Assembly (NCBI GenBank): GCA_036446035.1
Contig: JAZFSG010000009.1
Coordinates: forward strand, 1 to 57,061
Direction: 5' to 3'
Length of the DNA: 57,061 nucleotides
From: Acidimicrobiia bacterium
Lineage (GTDB): Bacteria > Actinomycetota > Acidimicrobiia > Spongiisociales > JAOTWH01
Below are positions 16,056-26,737 of the stretch, piece by piece. The translations under genes were made by a program, and so were the position numbers. How positions within the stretch are numbered: position 1 is the stretch's first letter; each line of letters opens with the position of its first letter. The notes under the pieces are model-generated. The model made no database searches. It saw nothing but the letters and a program-made list of their open reading frames with translations, and was not told the DNA's origin.

Positions 16056-17192
16056 CTAGCTGTCCTCCAGATAACCCTCGAAGCGCCTGGAGCGTTGTGG
16101 GTGGCGGAGCTTGGCGAGAGCCTTGGTCTCTAGCTGCCGGATGCGCTCCCGAGTGACCTCGAAGTGTTCCCCAACCTCCTCGAGCGTTCGGACCTTTCCG
16201 TCCTCGAGACCGAACCGCATGATGATCACCCGTCGCTCCCGCTCGTTGAGATCCTCGAGAGCAAGAGACAGGTAGCCCTGCAGCAACCGGAACGAGGCCG
16301 CCTCAACCGGCACCTCGGCATCTGGATCCTCGACGAAGTCGCCAAGCGTCGACTCGCCTTCCTCGCCAAGTGGCATCTCCAGCGACACCGGGTCCATGGC
16401 GATACGACGAAGCTCGCTGACACGGTCTGGCTCCATCTCCATTTCCCCGGCGATCTCAGCGATGGTTGGCTCTCTTCCGAGGTCCTGCACGAGGGCGCGT
16501 TGGGCCCTGGCGAGCTTGTTGATGGTCTCAACCATGTGAACCGGAACCCTGATGGTTCGCGACTGATCGGCGAGGGCTCGAGTAACCGCCTGGCGTATCC
16601 ACCACGTGGCATAGGTCGAGAACTTGAAGCCCTTGCGGTAGTCGAACTTCTCCACGGCTCGCATGAGGCCGAGGTTGCCTTCTTGGAAGAGGTCCAGCAG
16701 CGACATGCCCCGGCCCACGTACTGCTTGGCGATTGACACCACGAGCCGCAGGTTGGCCTCGACAAGTCGCTTGCGAGCCTTCTCGCCAGAACGCACACTG
16801 CGCTCGAGAATGATGCGGTCGTTGTCGTCGAGCTCGGGTCCGTCTTCCTCCTTGAGCCGAACGATTGCCTTGGTGCCAGCCTCAAGCGCCATCGCCAGCT
16901 CGACCTCCTGCTGAGTAGAAAGCAGCGGAACGCGGCCGATCTCCTGGAGATACATACGCACGGGATCCGAAACGGAAACGTCGTCGTTGGAAGATATGTA
17001 AGGGTCGAAGGCTTCCTTCTCTTCGCGCACCTCGATGCCACCCTTACGCAGGTCGTCGAAGACGGCGTCAAAGGCTTCCGGCGGCGCGGCGATGTCCTCG
17101 AGCTCCTGTTGGATCTCCTCCATCAGAACGAAGCCGCGTTGGCGCGCTCGAACTTTGAGCTCCTCGGCGATTTGGCGAATCTGGTTGTTCAT
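16056..17192 (-). CDS. rpoD: Primary-type RNA polymerase sigma-70 factor
   Basis: Regions 1.2-4.2, including [36 protein letters not shown] and the 4.2 HTH. Confidence 0.9.
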   Translation of the reverse strand: MNNQIRQIAEELKVRARQRGFVLMEEIQQELEDIAAPPEAFDAVFDDLRKGGIEVREEKEAFDPYISSNDDVSVSDPVRMYLQEIGRVPLLSTQQEVELAMALEAGTKAIVRLKEEDGPELDDNDRIILERSVRSGEKARKRLVEANLRLVVSIAKQYVGRGMSLLDLFQEGNLGLMRAVEKFDYRKGFKFSTYATWWIRQAVTRALADQSRTIRVPVHMVETINKLARAQRALVQDLGREPTIAEIAGEMEMEPDRVSELRRIAMDPVSLEMPLGEEGESTLGDFVEDPDAEVPVEAASFRLLQGYLSLALEDLNERERRVIIMRFGLEDGKVRTLEEVGEHFEVTRERIRQLETKALAKLRHPQRSRRFEGYLEDS

Positions 17193-18931
17193 TGGTGGCT
17201 CGCAAGTTGCTGTCGCTCGCGCTCCAACGCTATCAATTCGGCGAACCGAGTGGAATAATCGTCGGCGGCGGCATCTGTGCCCTCGAGGTCTCGTCGCATG
17301 TCATGGATTCGGCGTTCCAGGGCACCAACCTGAAGCTTTCGCCAAACTTCTGCGGGGTCGGGAATCGGCCGATCGTCGAGGGCGAGGGCCCGCAGCATCG
17401 CCGCTTGCCCACCGTCATCGTCGCCAAGGATCCTGCCAAGGTCCGGAGGTTGTCCCGGCCCAAGGCCCTGCAACGCCCCAGAGAGCAGCTCAAAGGCAGC
17501 CCTGTGGTCGGGGTTCTCGAAGGCAGTTGCCGAGAGGTCGATGCCCACCAGCCCGGCATCGTTGGCGAGCATGGCTCGAAGCAGCTCGAGCTCGGCTCGG
17601 TCCTGTCCGGTGAGCCTCACGTTGGTCGGTGGCGCCGGCCGCGACGAACGCGCCGGTGCCCCCACGAGCCGCAGGACCTCGTCGAGGTCGACGCCGGTGC
17701 GGCGAGCCAACACCGCGGCGTACTCCTGGCGAACGAGAGGGTCTGGATGGCGCCCGACCAGCTCAGCGGCGCGGCGAACCGCCTTGATCCTGACCTCCGG
17801 CTCCCCCAGGTCAACATTCTCCAACTCAGCGCTGATGGCATAGAGGATCAGCGGCTGGCTGTCGTCTATCGTCTTGCGAAGTGTCTCGGCATCTCCGGCG
17901 GCGACCAGATCTGCGGGGTCGGAGCCAGCGGGAAGTTCGGCAACGCGAACGTCGAGATCGCCGGGCGTCGACATGTCGATGCCGCGCCGCGACGCTCCGG
18001 CGCCGGCGGCATCTGCATCGAACGCCAGAACCACCTTCTCGGCGAAACGGCGCAGAAGGTCGAAGTGTCCCTCCCCCAGGGCCGTGCCGCAGGTGGCAAC
18101 GGCCACCGGCATGCCAGCCTGGTGCAGCGCTATGACGTCGGTGTATCCCTCGACCACAACCGAGTGACCGGCCCTGACGATCTCCGACTTGGCCCAATGC
18201 AGGCCGTAGAGAAGGCTCGACTTGTGATACAGCGGCCCCTCAGGCGAGTTGAGGTACTTGGGCCCGTCCCCCTCGAGCAGCCTCGCACCAAAGCCGACGG
18301 CGTCGCCACGAAGATCGTGGATGGGGAACATCACCCGGCCCCGAAAGCGATCTACAAGGCCGCCGCGCCTGCTGCGTGACGCCAGCCCGGCAGACACCAT
18401 GACATCGTCGCTCACACCCTGAGAGCGCAAAGTATCAACGAGGTCGCTCCAGCCGGCGGGCGAGTAGCCGATCTGGAAGGTGTCGACGATGTCGGCGTCG
18501 TAGCCCCGAGACCGCAGGTAGCTTCGTGCCGCTCCGGCATCCCCACCGGTCTTCAGTCGGTCGTTGTAGAAGGCAGCGGTTGCCTCGATAGCCGCAGTGA
18601 GCGGCTGGCGTCGTTCCTGCCTCTTGGCCGCATCGGGATCTGGCTCGATATCGATGCCGGCACGGCGGGCCAGGAACTCGACTGCTTCCGAGAACGAGAG
18701 GCCCTGGGAGTCTTCGAGGAAGCGGAAGATGTCCCCCGAATGGCCGCACCCGAAGCAGTGGTACAGGCCACGAGCGGGATCGAGCGACATCGAGGGGGTC
18801 TTCTCGTTATGGAACGGGCAGATCGCCATCACCGAACGCCCGGTCTTGCGAACCTTGGTGATCTCGGACACAAGCTCGAGCAGATTGGAGGCGACGCGAA
18901 CCCGCTCGATGTCTTCTCGGCGGTAGGCCAT
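17189..18931 (-). CDS. dnaG: DNA primase
   Basis: [13 protein letters not shown]...CFGCGHSGD zinc finger and a TOPRIM domain. Start set at [11 protein letters not shown] (ATG 18931). 4-bp overlap with the rpoD start. Confidence 0.9.
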   Translation of the reverse strand: MAYRREDIERVRVASNLLELVSEITKVRKTGRSVMAICPFHNEKTPSMSLDPARGLYHCFGCGHSGDIFRFLEDSQGLSFSEAVEFLARRAGIDIEPDPDAAKRQERRQPLTAAIEATAAFYNDRLKTGGDAGAARSYLRSRGYDADIVDTFQIGYSPAGWSDLVDTLRSQGVSDDVMVSAGLASRSRRGGLVDRFRGRVMFPIHDLRGDAVGFGARLLEGDGPKYLNSPEGPLYHKSSLLYGLHWAKSEIVRAGHSVVVEGYTDVIALHQAGMPVAVATCGTALGEGHFDLLRRFAEKVVLAFDADAAGAGASRRGIDMSTPGDLDVRVAELPAGSDPADLVAAGDAETLRKTIDDSQPLILYAISAELENVDLGEPEVRIKAVRRAAELVGRHPDPLVRQEYAAVLARRTGVDLDEVLRLVGAPARSSRPAPPTNVRLTGQDRAELELLRAMLANDAGLVGIDLSATAFENPDHRAAFELLSGALQGLGPGQPPDLGRILGDDDGGQAAMLRALALDDRPIPDPAEVWRKLQVGALERRIHDMRRDLEGTDAAADDYSTRFAELIALERERQQLASHQ

Positions 18932-18994
18932 TACCGAGAGTGTACCGCTCCCCGGGTGTCCTTGAGAGGGGGGTCGCAGCCATATCGTGACGCG

Positions 18995-20557
18995 ATGACC
19001 TGGAATCGCAGTGGGCACCTCTCGCGTCTGGCGGATGCTGCGGTCGACGTTGCGGTGGTCGGAGGGGGCATCGTCGGCGGTGGAACCGCCCTCGATCTCG
19101 CCGAACGGGGGGCCTCCGTCGCTCTCGTCGAGCGAGACGATTTCGCCGCCGGCACTTCGAGCAAGTCGACCAAGCTCTTCCACGGCGGCATCCGCTACAT
19201 GCCGCAGCTTCGCTTTGGCCTCGTGCGCGCGGGGCTGCGCGAGCAGGTCGTGCTCGCCGAGATCGCCGACTATCTGTACAGGCCGCTCGACTTTGTTGTC
19301 CCCCTCTACAAGGGCGTCTCGTTCGGCGACCTGCCGCGCCTGCTCGGCCACCACCGCATCGTCCCCACCGCGCTTGCGGTTGGGCTCTTCCTGTACGAGC
19401 GCCTGGGCAGACGGTCAGATGGGCATCGCCGCGTCGGCGCCGCGGAGACCAGGGAGCTGGCTCCCGGACTTCTTGCCGACGGGCTCAAGGGCGCCTTCGT
19501 CTATGGCGACGCCCAGACCGACGACGCTCGACTCACCATCGGGGTCATCAAGGCCGCGGTGGCGCGAGATGCCATCGCGCTCAACCACGCCGAGGTCATC
19601 AAGGTCGAGCCCGACAATGGCGGCTATCGCCTGATGGTGCGCAACATGCTCGACGGCGCAGAGTCGACCTTCACGGCCCGTGCCGTCGTCGCCGCACCGG
19701 GGTCATGTGTGGCCCCGGTGCCCCCGGGAAGACCTCCGATACCGCTTCGCTACTCCCGTGGCTCCCACCTCATCACCACCGCCGATGAGGTCGGGCTCAC
19801 CGAGTCTGCGGTTGTACTCCCAGAGACGGAGGACCGCAGAATCCTCTACATGGTTCCGTGGGCGGGGCACGCCCTCATCGGCACAACAGACGTCGCCAGC
19901 GATGGCGAGAACGGCCGACCGCTGGCAACGGCGGCTGAGATCGACTACTTGCGGCGGCACGCCGCCAGGTACACCGGCGTCAGTCCTGTTCCCAAGACGA
20001 CGTTCGCCGGCACCCGTGCGTTGGCCGCAAAGAGATCTGGACCGACGTCGAGCGCAACACGCAAACACGTCATCCACGAACCGGCACCCGGCTTCTTCCA
20101 GGTAGCAGGCGGCAAGCTGACTGGCTATCGGCGCATCGCCGAGGAGGTCGGCGACCGTGCCGCCAGAGCCATCGGGCTCGATCGCCCGAGCACGACAGCC
20201 TCCGTTCCCATCGCTGGAGCCGGCGGGCCTCCAGGCGAAGGTCAACTGTGGAGCCGCTACGGCTCATTGGCAAACGAGGTGGCGGCTCTCGCCGAAGATG
20301 ACCCGGCACTTGGAGAGTCCTTCGAGGATGGCTCATTGGCGGCGGAGGTCGTTTACGCGGCGAGTCACGAAGCAGCCGCCACGGTTGCCGATGTCACCCT
20401 GCGCCGGACGCGCCTCTCCTGGCTCACCGCCGACCACGGCCGAGCTGCAGCCGCCCCCATCGCGGACCTGATGGCGGCACAGCTCGGATGGGATGCCACG
20501 AGACGCGACGCCGAGATGCGGCGGTTCGAGGACGAGCTGGTCGCGGAGGGGCTCTAA
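18995..20557 (+). CDS. glpD: FAD-dependent glycerol-3-phosphate dehydrogenase/oxidase
   Basis: VDVAVVGGGIVGGGTALDLAERG, SSKSTKLFHGGIRY. Start at ATG 18995. Confidence 0.8.
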   Translation: MTWNRSGHLSRLADAAVDVAVVGGGIVGGGTALDLAERGASVALVERDDFAAGTSSKSTKLFHGGIRYMPQLRFGLVRAGLREQVVLAEIADYLYRPLDFVVPLYKGVSFGDLPRLLGHHRIVPTALAVGLFLYERLGRRSDGHRRVGAAETRELAPGLLADGLKGAFVYGDAQTDDARLTIGVIKAAVARDAIALNHAEVIKVEPDNGGYRLMVRNMLDGAESTFTARAVVAAPGSCVAPVPPGRPPIPLRYSRGSHLITTADEVGLTESAVVLPETEDRRILYMVPWAGHALIGTTDVASDGENGRPLATAAEIDYLRRHAARYTGVSPVPKTTFAGTRALAAKRSGPTSSATRKHVIHEPAPGFFQVAGGKLTGYRRIAEEVGDRAARAIGLDRPSTTASVPIAGAGGPPGEGQLWSRYGSLANEVAALAEDDPALGESFEDGSLAAEVVYAASHEAAATVADVTLRRTRLSWLTADHGRAAAAPIADLMAAQLGWDATRRDAEMRRFEDELVAEGL

Positions 20558-21858
20558 AGACTCAGCCGCGCTGCGAGGTGGTCAACCAGCTCGGCGATCG
20601 GCAAGCGGACTTGCTCGGTGGTGTCGCGGTCGCGAACGGTGACGGCGTTGTCCTCAAGCGTTTCGAAGTCGACGGTAACGCAGAACGGGGTGCCGATCTC
20701 GTCCTGTCGTCGGTAGCGCCGTCCGATGGATTGGGTCACATCCACCTCGATGTTCCACAGCTCGCGGAGGGGCGCCGCCACCTGCTCGGTTACAGCAACC
20801 AGGTCTTCCTTCTTGGACAGCGGCAACACGGCGACCTTAATCGGCGCCAATCGATAGTCGAGTCGCATCACGGTGCGCTCCTCGCCACCTACCTCGTCGA
20901 CGTCGTAGGCATCGATGAGGAACGCGAACGTCGTCCGGGTGGCGCCACCGGCCGGCTCGATGACGAATGGGAAGAAGGGCTCCTCGCCCTCCTCGGCATA
21001 GGTGAGGGTCTGCCCGGAGTGCTCGGCATGCTGGCGCAGGTCGAAGTCGGTGCGATTGGCGATCCCCTCCAGCTCATCCCAGCCCCACGGGAACTCGTAC
21101 TCGATATCCGCAGTCTCAACGGCGTAGTGAGCCAGCTCTTCGGGGTCGTGAGTCCGCAGCCGCAGTCTCTCCTCGGAGATGCCGAGGTCGAGGTACCACT
21201 GGAATCGCTCGGCCAACCAATAGTCGTACCACTGCTGCGCCTCGTCGGGCCGGCAGAAGTACTCCATCTCCATCTGCTCGAACTCGCGGGTGCGGAACAC
21301 GAACTGGCCTGGGGTGATCTCGTTGCGGAACGACTTGCCGATCTGGGCGATACCGAACGGGAGCCGCTTGCGAGAGGTACGGCGAACATTCTCGAAGTTG
21401 GTGAAGATGCCCTGGGCCGTCTCCGGACGCAAGTAGACAGTCGCCGCGGCATCCTCGACGGGGCCCATGAACGTCTTGAACAGAAGGTTGAATTCCCTGG
21501 CCTCGCCGAACGTGCCGCGTTGACCGCAGTTGGGGCAAAGGTCGGCATCAGGCAGCTTGTCAACTCGAAAGCGATTGTTGCAGTTGTCGCATTCGACAAG
21601 CGGATCCGTGAAGGACTCGATGTGACCAGAGGCTTCCCACACCTGTGGCGCCTGGATGATCGCCGAATCGATGCCGACAACGTCGTCACGCTTGCGGACC
21701 ATGGACTGCCACCAGGCCTCCTTGACGTTCCGCAGCACCTCGACCCCGAGCGGCCCGTAGTCGTAGGAAGAGCGCAGCCCTCCGTATATCTCCGAGGCCG
21801 GGAAGACGAAGCCGCGGTTCTTGGCGAGGTTGACGATGGTGTCGAATGAGGCAGGCAT
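20554..21858 (-). CDS. glyQS: Glycine--tRNA ligase (dimeric class II type)
   Basis: RGFVFPASEIYGGLRSSYDYGPLG plus class II motifs. Start at ATG 21858. Confidence 0.9.
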   Translation of the reverse strand: MPASFDTIVNLAKNRGFVFPASEIYGGLRSSYDYGPLGVEVLRNVKEAWWQSMVRKRDDVVGIDSAIIQAPQVWEASGHIESFTDPLVECDNCNNRFRVDKLPDADLCPNCGQRGTFGEAREFNLLFKTFMGPVEDAAATVYLRPETAQGIFTNFENVRRTSRKRLPFGIAQIGKSFRNEITPGQFVFRTREFEQMEMEYFCRPDEAQQWYDYWLAERFQWYLDLGISEERLRLRTHDPEELAHYAVETADIEYEFPWGWDELEGIANRTDFDLRQHAEHSGQTLTYAEEGEEPFFPFVIEPAGGATRTTFAFLIDAYDVDEVGGEERTVMRLDYRLAPIKVAVLPLSKKEDLVAVTEQVAAPLRELWNIEVDVTQSIGRRYRRQDEIGTPFCVTVDFETLEDNAVTVRDRDTTEQVRLPIAELVDHLAARLSL

Positions 21859-21913
21859 GGTCACGGATGGTAGGGGTGGCGACCCCGGGCGAGGCATCTG
21901 TCGGCGGCCCTCC

Positions 21914-22609
21914 CTAGGCGCTGCCGAAGCGCCGATGCCTGTTGTCGTATTCGGCGATGCACTCGGCCAAGCTGGCCCGATCGAAGTCCGGCCACAGCAC
22001 GTCCGTGAACACCATCTCGGCGTATGCGGCCCGCCACAACAGGAAGTTCGAGATCCGATGCTCGCCCGAGGTGCGGATCAGGAGATCAACATCAGGCATC
22101 TCGGGAACATCGAGGTGAGCCCCCAGCGTCGTCTCGTCGATGGCTGCGGTGGCGACGCCGCTCTCGGACAGTCGCCGTGCGGCGCGGACGATCTCGTCGC
22201 GGCCTCCGTAGTTGAAGGCGAAGACCAGTTGCATCGACGTGTTGCCCTCTGTCATCGCAGCTGTCTCTGTCATCCGCTCCTTGACCGAATCGGGAATCCG
22301 ATGGTCGGTCTGGTCGCCGACGTACCTCACCCGGATGCCAAGCTCGTTGACCTCATCACGCCTGCGCATCATCAGCGCTTCATTGAACCCCATGAGGAAA
22401 GCGACTTCATCGGCCGACCGTGTCCAGTTCTCTGTCGAGAAGGCATAGACGGTGAGCCACTCGACGCCCATCTCCTGTGCACCCTCAACAGTGTCAAAGA
22501 GAGCAGCCTCTCCGGCGGCGTGACCGGCGGTCCGCTCGAGGCCGCGAGCCTTGGCCCATCGACCATTGCCATCCATGATGATGGCGATGTGCTTGGGGGC
22601 GTCAGGCAT
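21914..22609 (-). CDS. uppS: Isoprenyl transferase (undecaprenyl diphosphate synthase family)
   Basis: HIAIIMDGNGRWA, ENW and RISNFLLWR. Confidence 0.9.
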   Translation of the reverse strand: MPDAPKHIAIIMDGNGRWAKARGLERTAGHAAGEAALFDTVEGAQEMGVEWLTVYAFSTENWTRSADEVAFLMGFNEALMMRRRDEVNELGIRVRYVGDQTDHRIPDSVKERMTETAAMTEGNTSMQLVFAFNYGGRDEIVRAARRLSESGVATAAIDETTLGAHLDVPEMPDVDLLIRTSGEHRISNFLLWRAAYAEMVFTDVLWPDFDRASLAECIAEYDNRHRRFGSA

Positions 22610-23324
22610 CGAGAATCGCCAGCGAGGCCAGGCGGCGCTCGAGGTGGTACTCGAGGAAGCGACGGGTCACTCCCATGGCATCCGGCGATAGAGAGGCGTC
22701 TGCCTCCGGGAGCTTGTCGAAGTCACTCGCCGCCAGCCGCGCCAGGTAGTCCGTGAGGCCCGGCCGCAACGCGTACGCGCTCTCGCTGCGACACGACTCG
22801 CACTGGGCGCCGCCGGCAGCGAAGCTGAACCTGGTCAGGCCATCCTCCCGACCGCATCCGGCGCAGTGGGAAAGCGCCGGCGCCACCCCAACGATGTCTG
22901 CGGCCTTGAGCAGGTAGGAGGGAACCAGGTCTGGATGCAGTGGGCCTTGCTCCAGAGCCCTGAGACCTCGCTGCAGCAGCAGGAAGAGACGGCCTGAATT
23001 CTCCTCCTCCTGGGCAACGGCGTCCGCCACCTCAACCATGGTGCCCGCCGCGATCACCTTGTCGAGATCGGAGCGCAGGTGCGGAAACGACTCGATGGTC
23101 GTCGCCCCCGTCAAGGTGTCGAGGTTGCGTCCTTCGTAGAGGACGAGATCAACGTGCGAAAACGGCTCGAGGCGTCCGCCGAAACGGCTCTTGGTCTTGC
23201 GGACACCCTTGGCGACGGTGCGGATCTTCCCTCGATTGGGGCTGAGGACGATCACAACGCGATCCGCCTCGCCGAACGGAAACGAGCGCAGCACGATTCC
23301 CTGATCGTTGCGAAGAGCCATCAA
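22602..23324 (-). CDS. recO: DNA repair protein RecO
   Basis: OB-fold N-terminus GIVLRSFPFGEADRVV and a CxxC..CxxC zinc motif. TTG at 23324 is immediately followed by ATG at 23321. Confidence 0.85.
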   Translation of the reverse strand: MMALRNDQGIVLRSFPFGEADRVVIVLSPNRGKIRTVAKGVRKTKSRFGGRLEPFSHVDLVLYEGRNLDTLTGATTIESFPHLRSDLDKVIAAGTMVEVADAVAQEEENSGRLFLLLQRGLRALEQGPLHPDLVPSYLLKAADIVGVAPALSHCAGCGREDGLTRFSFAAGGAQCESCRSESAYALRPGLTDYLARLAASDFDKLPEADASLSPDAMGVTRRFLEYHLERRLASLAILDA

Positions 23325-23359
23325 GAGAGCGTATCGGGGCGATCGCTCGAGGCGAGCGA

Positions 23360-23387
23360 GCTATGGGCTATGGGCTGTGAGCTATGG
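23360..23387. repeat. Four tandem heptamers GCTATGG (third copy GCTGTGA)
   Basis: Read directly in the recO/PCD divergent intergenic region. Confidence 0.8.
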
Positions 23388-23479
23388 GAGCTTCCCCCCT
23401 TCCGCTTACGAGAGGGGGTTAGGGGGTGGGAGTTATCCGAGCAACATTGCGTGTTTGGGTTCCCCCTCCGCCCCTGCAA

Positions 23480-23511
23480 GCCATCCTCCCCCGCAAGCGG
23501 GGCGGGATGGC
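23480..23511. other. GC-rich hairpin (about 14 bp with one mismatch, tight loop)
   Basis: GCCATCCTCCCCCGC-AA-GCGGGGCGGGATGGC, 22 nt upstream of the PCD start codon. Confidence 0.6.
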
Positions 23512-23533
23512 TCGGACCTGATACCTTCTCCTC

Positions 23534-23812
23534 ATGCCCACTCCCCTCTCCCCTACGGAACGCACCGACTTCCTCGTAGAACACCCCAACTGGACGCTGG
23601 ATGGCGAGACCATCAGCCGCACCTTCGTCTTTGCCGACTTCGGGGCCGCCATGGGATTCGTGACCAATGTCGCCATCGCCGCCGAGCGGGCAGATCACCA
23701 CCCCGACATCGACATCCGATGGAACAAGGTGACGTTGGCCCTGAGCACTCACTCCGCCGGCGCCCTTACCGACAAGGACGCCTTGCTCGCCACCGAGGTA
23801 GAGGGCTTCTAG
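23534..23812 (+). CDS. 4a-hydroxytetrahydrobiopterin dehydratase (PCD/DCoH)
   Basis: ADHHPDIDIRWNKVTLALSTHSAG core motif; 92 aa. Confidence 0.85.
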   Translation: MPTPLSPTERTDFLVEHPNWTLDGETISRTFVFADFGAAMGFVTNVAIAAERADHHPDIDIRWNKVTLALSTHSAGALTDKDALLATEVEGF

Positions 23813-24235
23813 TTGCGAGACCGAACGGCCAGACGCCTGTCGGCTATCCACACCGCCGTCTACCGAGCCTCCCGGGGTCGCCTCGGCCGCCGTTTAGTCG
23901 ACAACGACATGCTGCTGCTGCGGACTACCGGGCGTCGCAGCGGGAAGCCGCACACGGTTCCGTTGCTCTACTTGCGCCAGGGCGCGGCCTTCGTCGTCAT
24001 CGCCTCGTGGGGAGGCAGGGACCACCATCCCGAGTGGTACCTCAACCTGTCCGCCGATCCGCAGTGCTCGGTGACTGTCGACGGGAGGGTGCGCTCGGTG
24101 ACGGCGCGGACGACGGTTGGCGAGGAACGGGCGAACCTGTGGGCCCGCGCGGTAGCTGCCTACGACGGCTACGCCGGCTACCAGGCCAAGACGGAGAGAC
24201 AGATACCGGTGGTCCTGCTAGCCGACGCTGCCTAG
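23813..24235 (+). CDS. Nitroreductase-family deazaflavin (F420)-dependent oxidoreductase (DDN-like)
   Basis: LLLRTTGRRSGKPHTVPLLY...HHPEWYLNL...ERANLW pattern. Confidence 0.8.
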   Translation: MRDRTARRLSAIHTAVYRASRGRLGRRLVDNDMLLLRTTGRRSGKPHTVPLLYLRQGAAFVVIASWGGRDHHPEWYLNLSADPQCSVTVDGRVRSVTARTTVGEERANLWARAVAAYDGYAGYQAKTERQIPVVLLADAA

Positions 24236-25104
24236 AAGCCGAGCCGGTCGAGCAGGCTGTCGTGTTGCTGCCAGTCCGGCTCGACGCCGACCTTGAGCTC
24301 GAGGAAGACCTTGACGCCGAAGATGGACTCGAGCTCCTTGCGAGCATCGGCACCGGCGGCGGCAAGCATCTTGCCGCCCTCACCGATAACGATCCCCTTC
24401 TGCGACTGACGTTCGACCTTCAGATCCACGGCAAAGAACAAGCTGCCGTCGGCCCGCTCCTCCTTGTCGGTCACGATTACAGCCAGGGAGTGTGGCAACT
24501 CCTCGCGCAAGCGTGACAGGAACTTCTCCCTCACGATCTCGGCAACGAGGATCTGTTCTGGCTGGTCTGTGATCATCTCAGGCGGGAAGTACGGCGGCCC
24601 TTCGGGCAACAGGCTCTGGATCTCGTCGAGGAGGGCTGTGACGCTCTCGCCGGTCAGGGCGCTCACCGGAACGTATGCGGCAAAGTCCCACTTCGCCGCC
24701 TCCGTCAGATGGCGGGCGACGGCACCCCGGGAAGCCTTGTCGATCTTGTTGAGGGCGAGGATCACCGGCGACCCGGAGCCGTGAGCCCTCTCGGAGACCA
24801 GCCGGTCACCCGGACCCGCCTCTGCGGTGGCATCTAGCACCACGACCACAACATCGGCGTCCGCCAGCGTTCCGCCGACGAGTTCGTTGAGGCGCCGACC
24901 TAGGGCCGTCTTGGGCTTGTGCAGGCCGGGGGTGTCGACGAGCACCAGCTGCGCCTCGGGTCGGTGCACGACCCCCCTGATCGTGTTCCGCGTTGTCTGC
25001 GGACGGACCGATGTGATCGAGACCTTCGACCCGACCATGGCGTTGATGAGCGTCGACTTGCCAACATTGGGCCGACCAACAATGGCGACGAAACCAGACC
25101 TCAC
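24232..25104 (-). CDS. era: GTPase Era
   Basis: GRPNVGKSTL, DTPG and NKID motifs plus a KH domain. Confidence 0.9.
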   Translation of the reverse strand: MRSGFVAIVGRPNVGKSTLINAMVGSKVSITSVRPQTTRNTIRGVVHRPEAQLVLVDTPGLHKPKTALGRRLNELVGGTLADADVVVVVLDATAEAGPGDRLVSERAHGSGSPVILALNKIDKASRGAVARHLTEAAKWDFAAYVPVSALTGESVTALLDEIQSLLPEGPPYFPPEMITDQPEQILVAEIVREKFLSRLREELPHSLAVIVTDKEERADGSLFFAVDLKVERQSQKGIVIGEGGKMLAAAGADARKELESIFGVKVFLELKVGVEPDWQQHDSLLDRLGF

Positions 25105-26276
25105 CCGCGTGTGACCGTCACCTCGGCGACGCGGCGACCCTGGACTCGTTCGGTCTTGATAACCAGGCCGTCAAGATCGAACGACTCGCCTTCTTCGGGA
25201 ACACGACCGGCCAAGCCGAGAACCAATCCCCCAACCGTGTCCCAGTCTTCGTCCGGCAACTCGACGTTGAAGAGCTCTCCGAGTTCGTCGACGGCAAGAC
25301 GACCGTCGACCCGATACGCATCTGTCCCCATCGCGATCACCATCGGTTCCTCGACGTCGTACTCATCGGCGATCTCCCCAACCAACTCCTCGATCAGGTC
25401 CTCGATCGTCACGAGACCCGCCGTCGAACCGAACTCGTCGACAACGATGGCCATATGCACCTGGTTGCCCTGCATCTCGCGCAAGAGCTCGGACACCTGC
25501 TTCGTCTCGGGGACGAAGTAGGCCGGGCGCATCATGTCACTAACAGGCACGTGATCTCCGCCCTCAACCATCAGACGCAACAGATCCCTGGCATAGAACA
25601 ACCCGACGACCTCATCCGGACCGTCGCCGACGACCGGGATCCGGGACCGCCCCTCGGCGACAACGAGATCGAGGGCCTCAGACGTGTTCGCCTTTGCGGC
25701 GACAGTCACCATGTCTGGTCGTGGCGCCATGACCTCGCGGACGATGGCATCCGTGAACTCCATCACAGACGAAATGAGCTCACGTTCCTGAAACTCGGCC
25801 GTCTCCGTGCCCTCGGGCGCCACCGAGACTCCCTGCTCATCGTCGTCGGCAATCGCATCGGCCGCACGCTCACCGAGCGAGACTGCGGACACCAGCAGAC
25901 CGATGAAGCGGTAGGCCAGTACGCGCGGCCGGCCTCTCCCCCACTCCCTTGGCAACACATCGCCGAAGCTGACCAGGACTACGGCCAGGGTTGCGAGGCC
26001 CGCCGCCAACGGCCACCCAGAAAGCAACCGGGTCAATGCCCAGGCGGCCGCCACCGCTGCCACCGTGAGAAGGGCCGAGTGGACCGTGCCGAGGGCCGGC
26101 TGTAGCGTTGGGCGTTGATCGAGCAGGGCAGCTGCTCTCTCCGCTCGTTTGTCACCATCCGCAGCGTCGTGAAGCGCGTCAGCGCGCGGGGTGCGAACGA
26201 GGGAGGCACCGCCTGCTCGCAGCGCGGCCGCCAAGGCCAGGATCACTAGAGCTCCGCCGAATGCCAGCCAGGTCAT
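25101..26276 (-). CDS. Hemolysin-family/CNNM protein (TM region plus CBS pair plus CorC_HlyC)
   Basis: CBS pair and C-terminal transporter-associated domain, in the conserved position between era and ybeY. Confidence 0.8.
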   Translation of the reverse strand: MTWLAFGGALVILALAAALRAGGASLVRTPRADALHDAADGDKRAERAAALLDQRPTLQPALGTVHSALLTVAAVAAAWALTRLLSGWPLAAGLATLAVVLVSFGDVLPREWGRGRPRVLAYRFIGLLVSAVSLGERAADAIADDDEQGVSVAPEGTETAEFQERELISSVMEFTDAIVREVMAPRPDMVTVAAKANTSEALDLVVAEGRSRIPVVGDGPDEVVGLFYARDLLRLMVEGGDHVPVSDMMRPAYFVPETKQVSELLREMQGNQVHMAIVVDEFGSTAGLVTIEDLIEELVGEIADEYDVEEPMVIAMGTDAYRVDGRLAVDELGELFNVELPDEDWDTVGGLVLGLAGRVPEEGESFDLDGLVIKTERVQGRRVAEVTVTRG

Positions 26277-26737
26277 GGTCGAGTCCTGCCGACGCTCGCC
26301 AGCAGTTCGGTTTCACGGGCTTCCATAGCCGCCGCCTGGTCATCCTCGAAGTGGTCGTATCCGAGCAGGTGCAGTATCCCATGCACCACCATCAGGTACA
26401 GCTCATCGGAAAACGGCACGCCGGCCGCGGCTGCGTTGGCCATCACCACCTTGGGGCAAACAAAGACGTCGCCAAGGTTCAATGGAGGACCATTGGGCGA
26501 AAGTGCCGGACTCTTGCCGGGGTGAAGATGCTCGAGCGGAAAGGCCAGCACATCGGTAGGACCATTGCGATCCATGAACCGTTCGTTGTAGCGCTGCATG
26601 TCATCAACGCCGACGAGAACCAGCGACACCTCGGTGCCCTCGGGGAAGCCCTCGGCCTCGAGCACGTTCACGGCGAGCGATCGCAGTGGCTCAGACTCGA
26701 GGGGCTCTTCCTGCTCATCCGCCACGAACACGTTCAT
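26273..26737 (-). CDS. ybeY: rRNA maturation RNase YbeY
   Basis: HGILHLLGYDH metal site. Confidence 0.9.
   Translation of the reverse strand: MNVFVADEQEEPLESEPLRSLAVNVLEAEGFPEGTEVSLVLVGVDDMQRYNERFMDRNGPTDVLAFPLEHLHPGKSPALSPNGPPLNLGDVFVCPKVVMANAAAAGVPFSDELYLMVVHGILHLLGYDHFEDDQAAAMEARETELLASVGRTRP

Noticed and set aside
17189-19354. ORF-track N-terminal extensions of dnaG (to 19354), lepA (to 35158), glpD (from 18740), rplU (to 51425) and the CPBP protease (to 40301)
   Set aside because: The extensions overlap neighbouring genes or divergent promoters and lack conservation-like sequence. Internal starts reproduce canonical N-termini.
20488-21849. 453-aa ORF on the plus strand
   Set aside because: Shadow ORF antisense to glyQS, whose identity is unambiguous.
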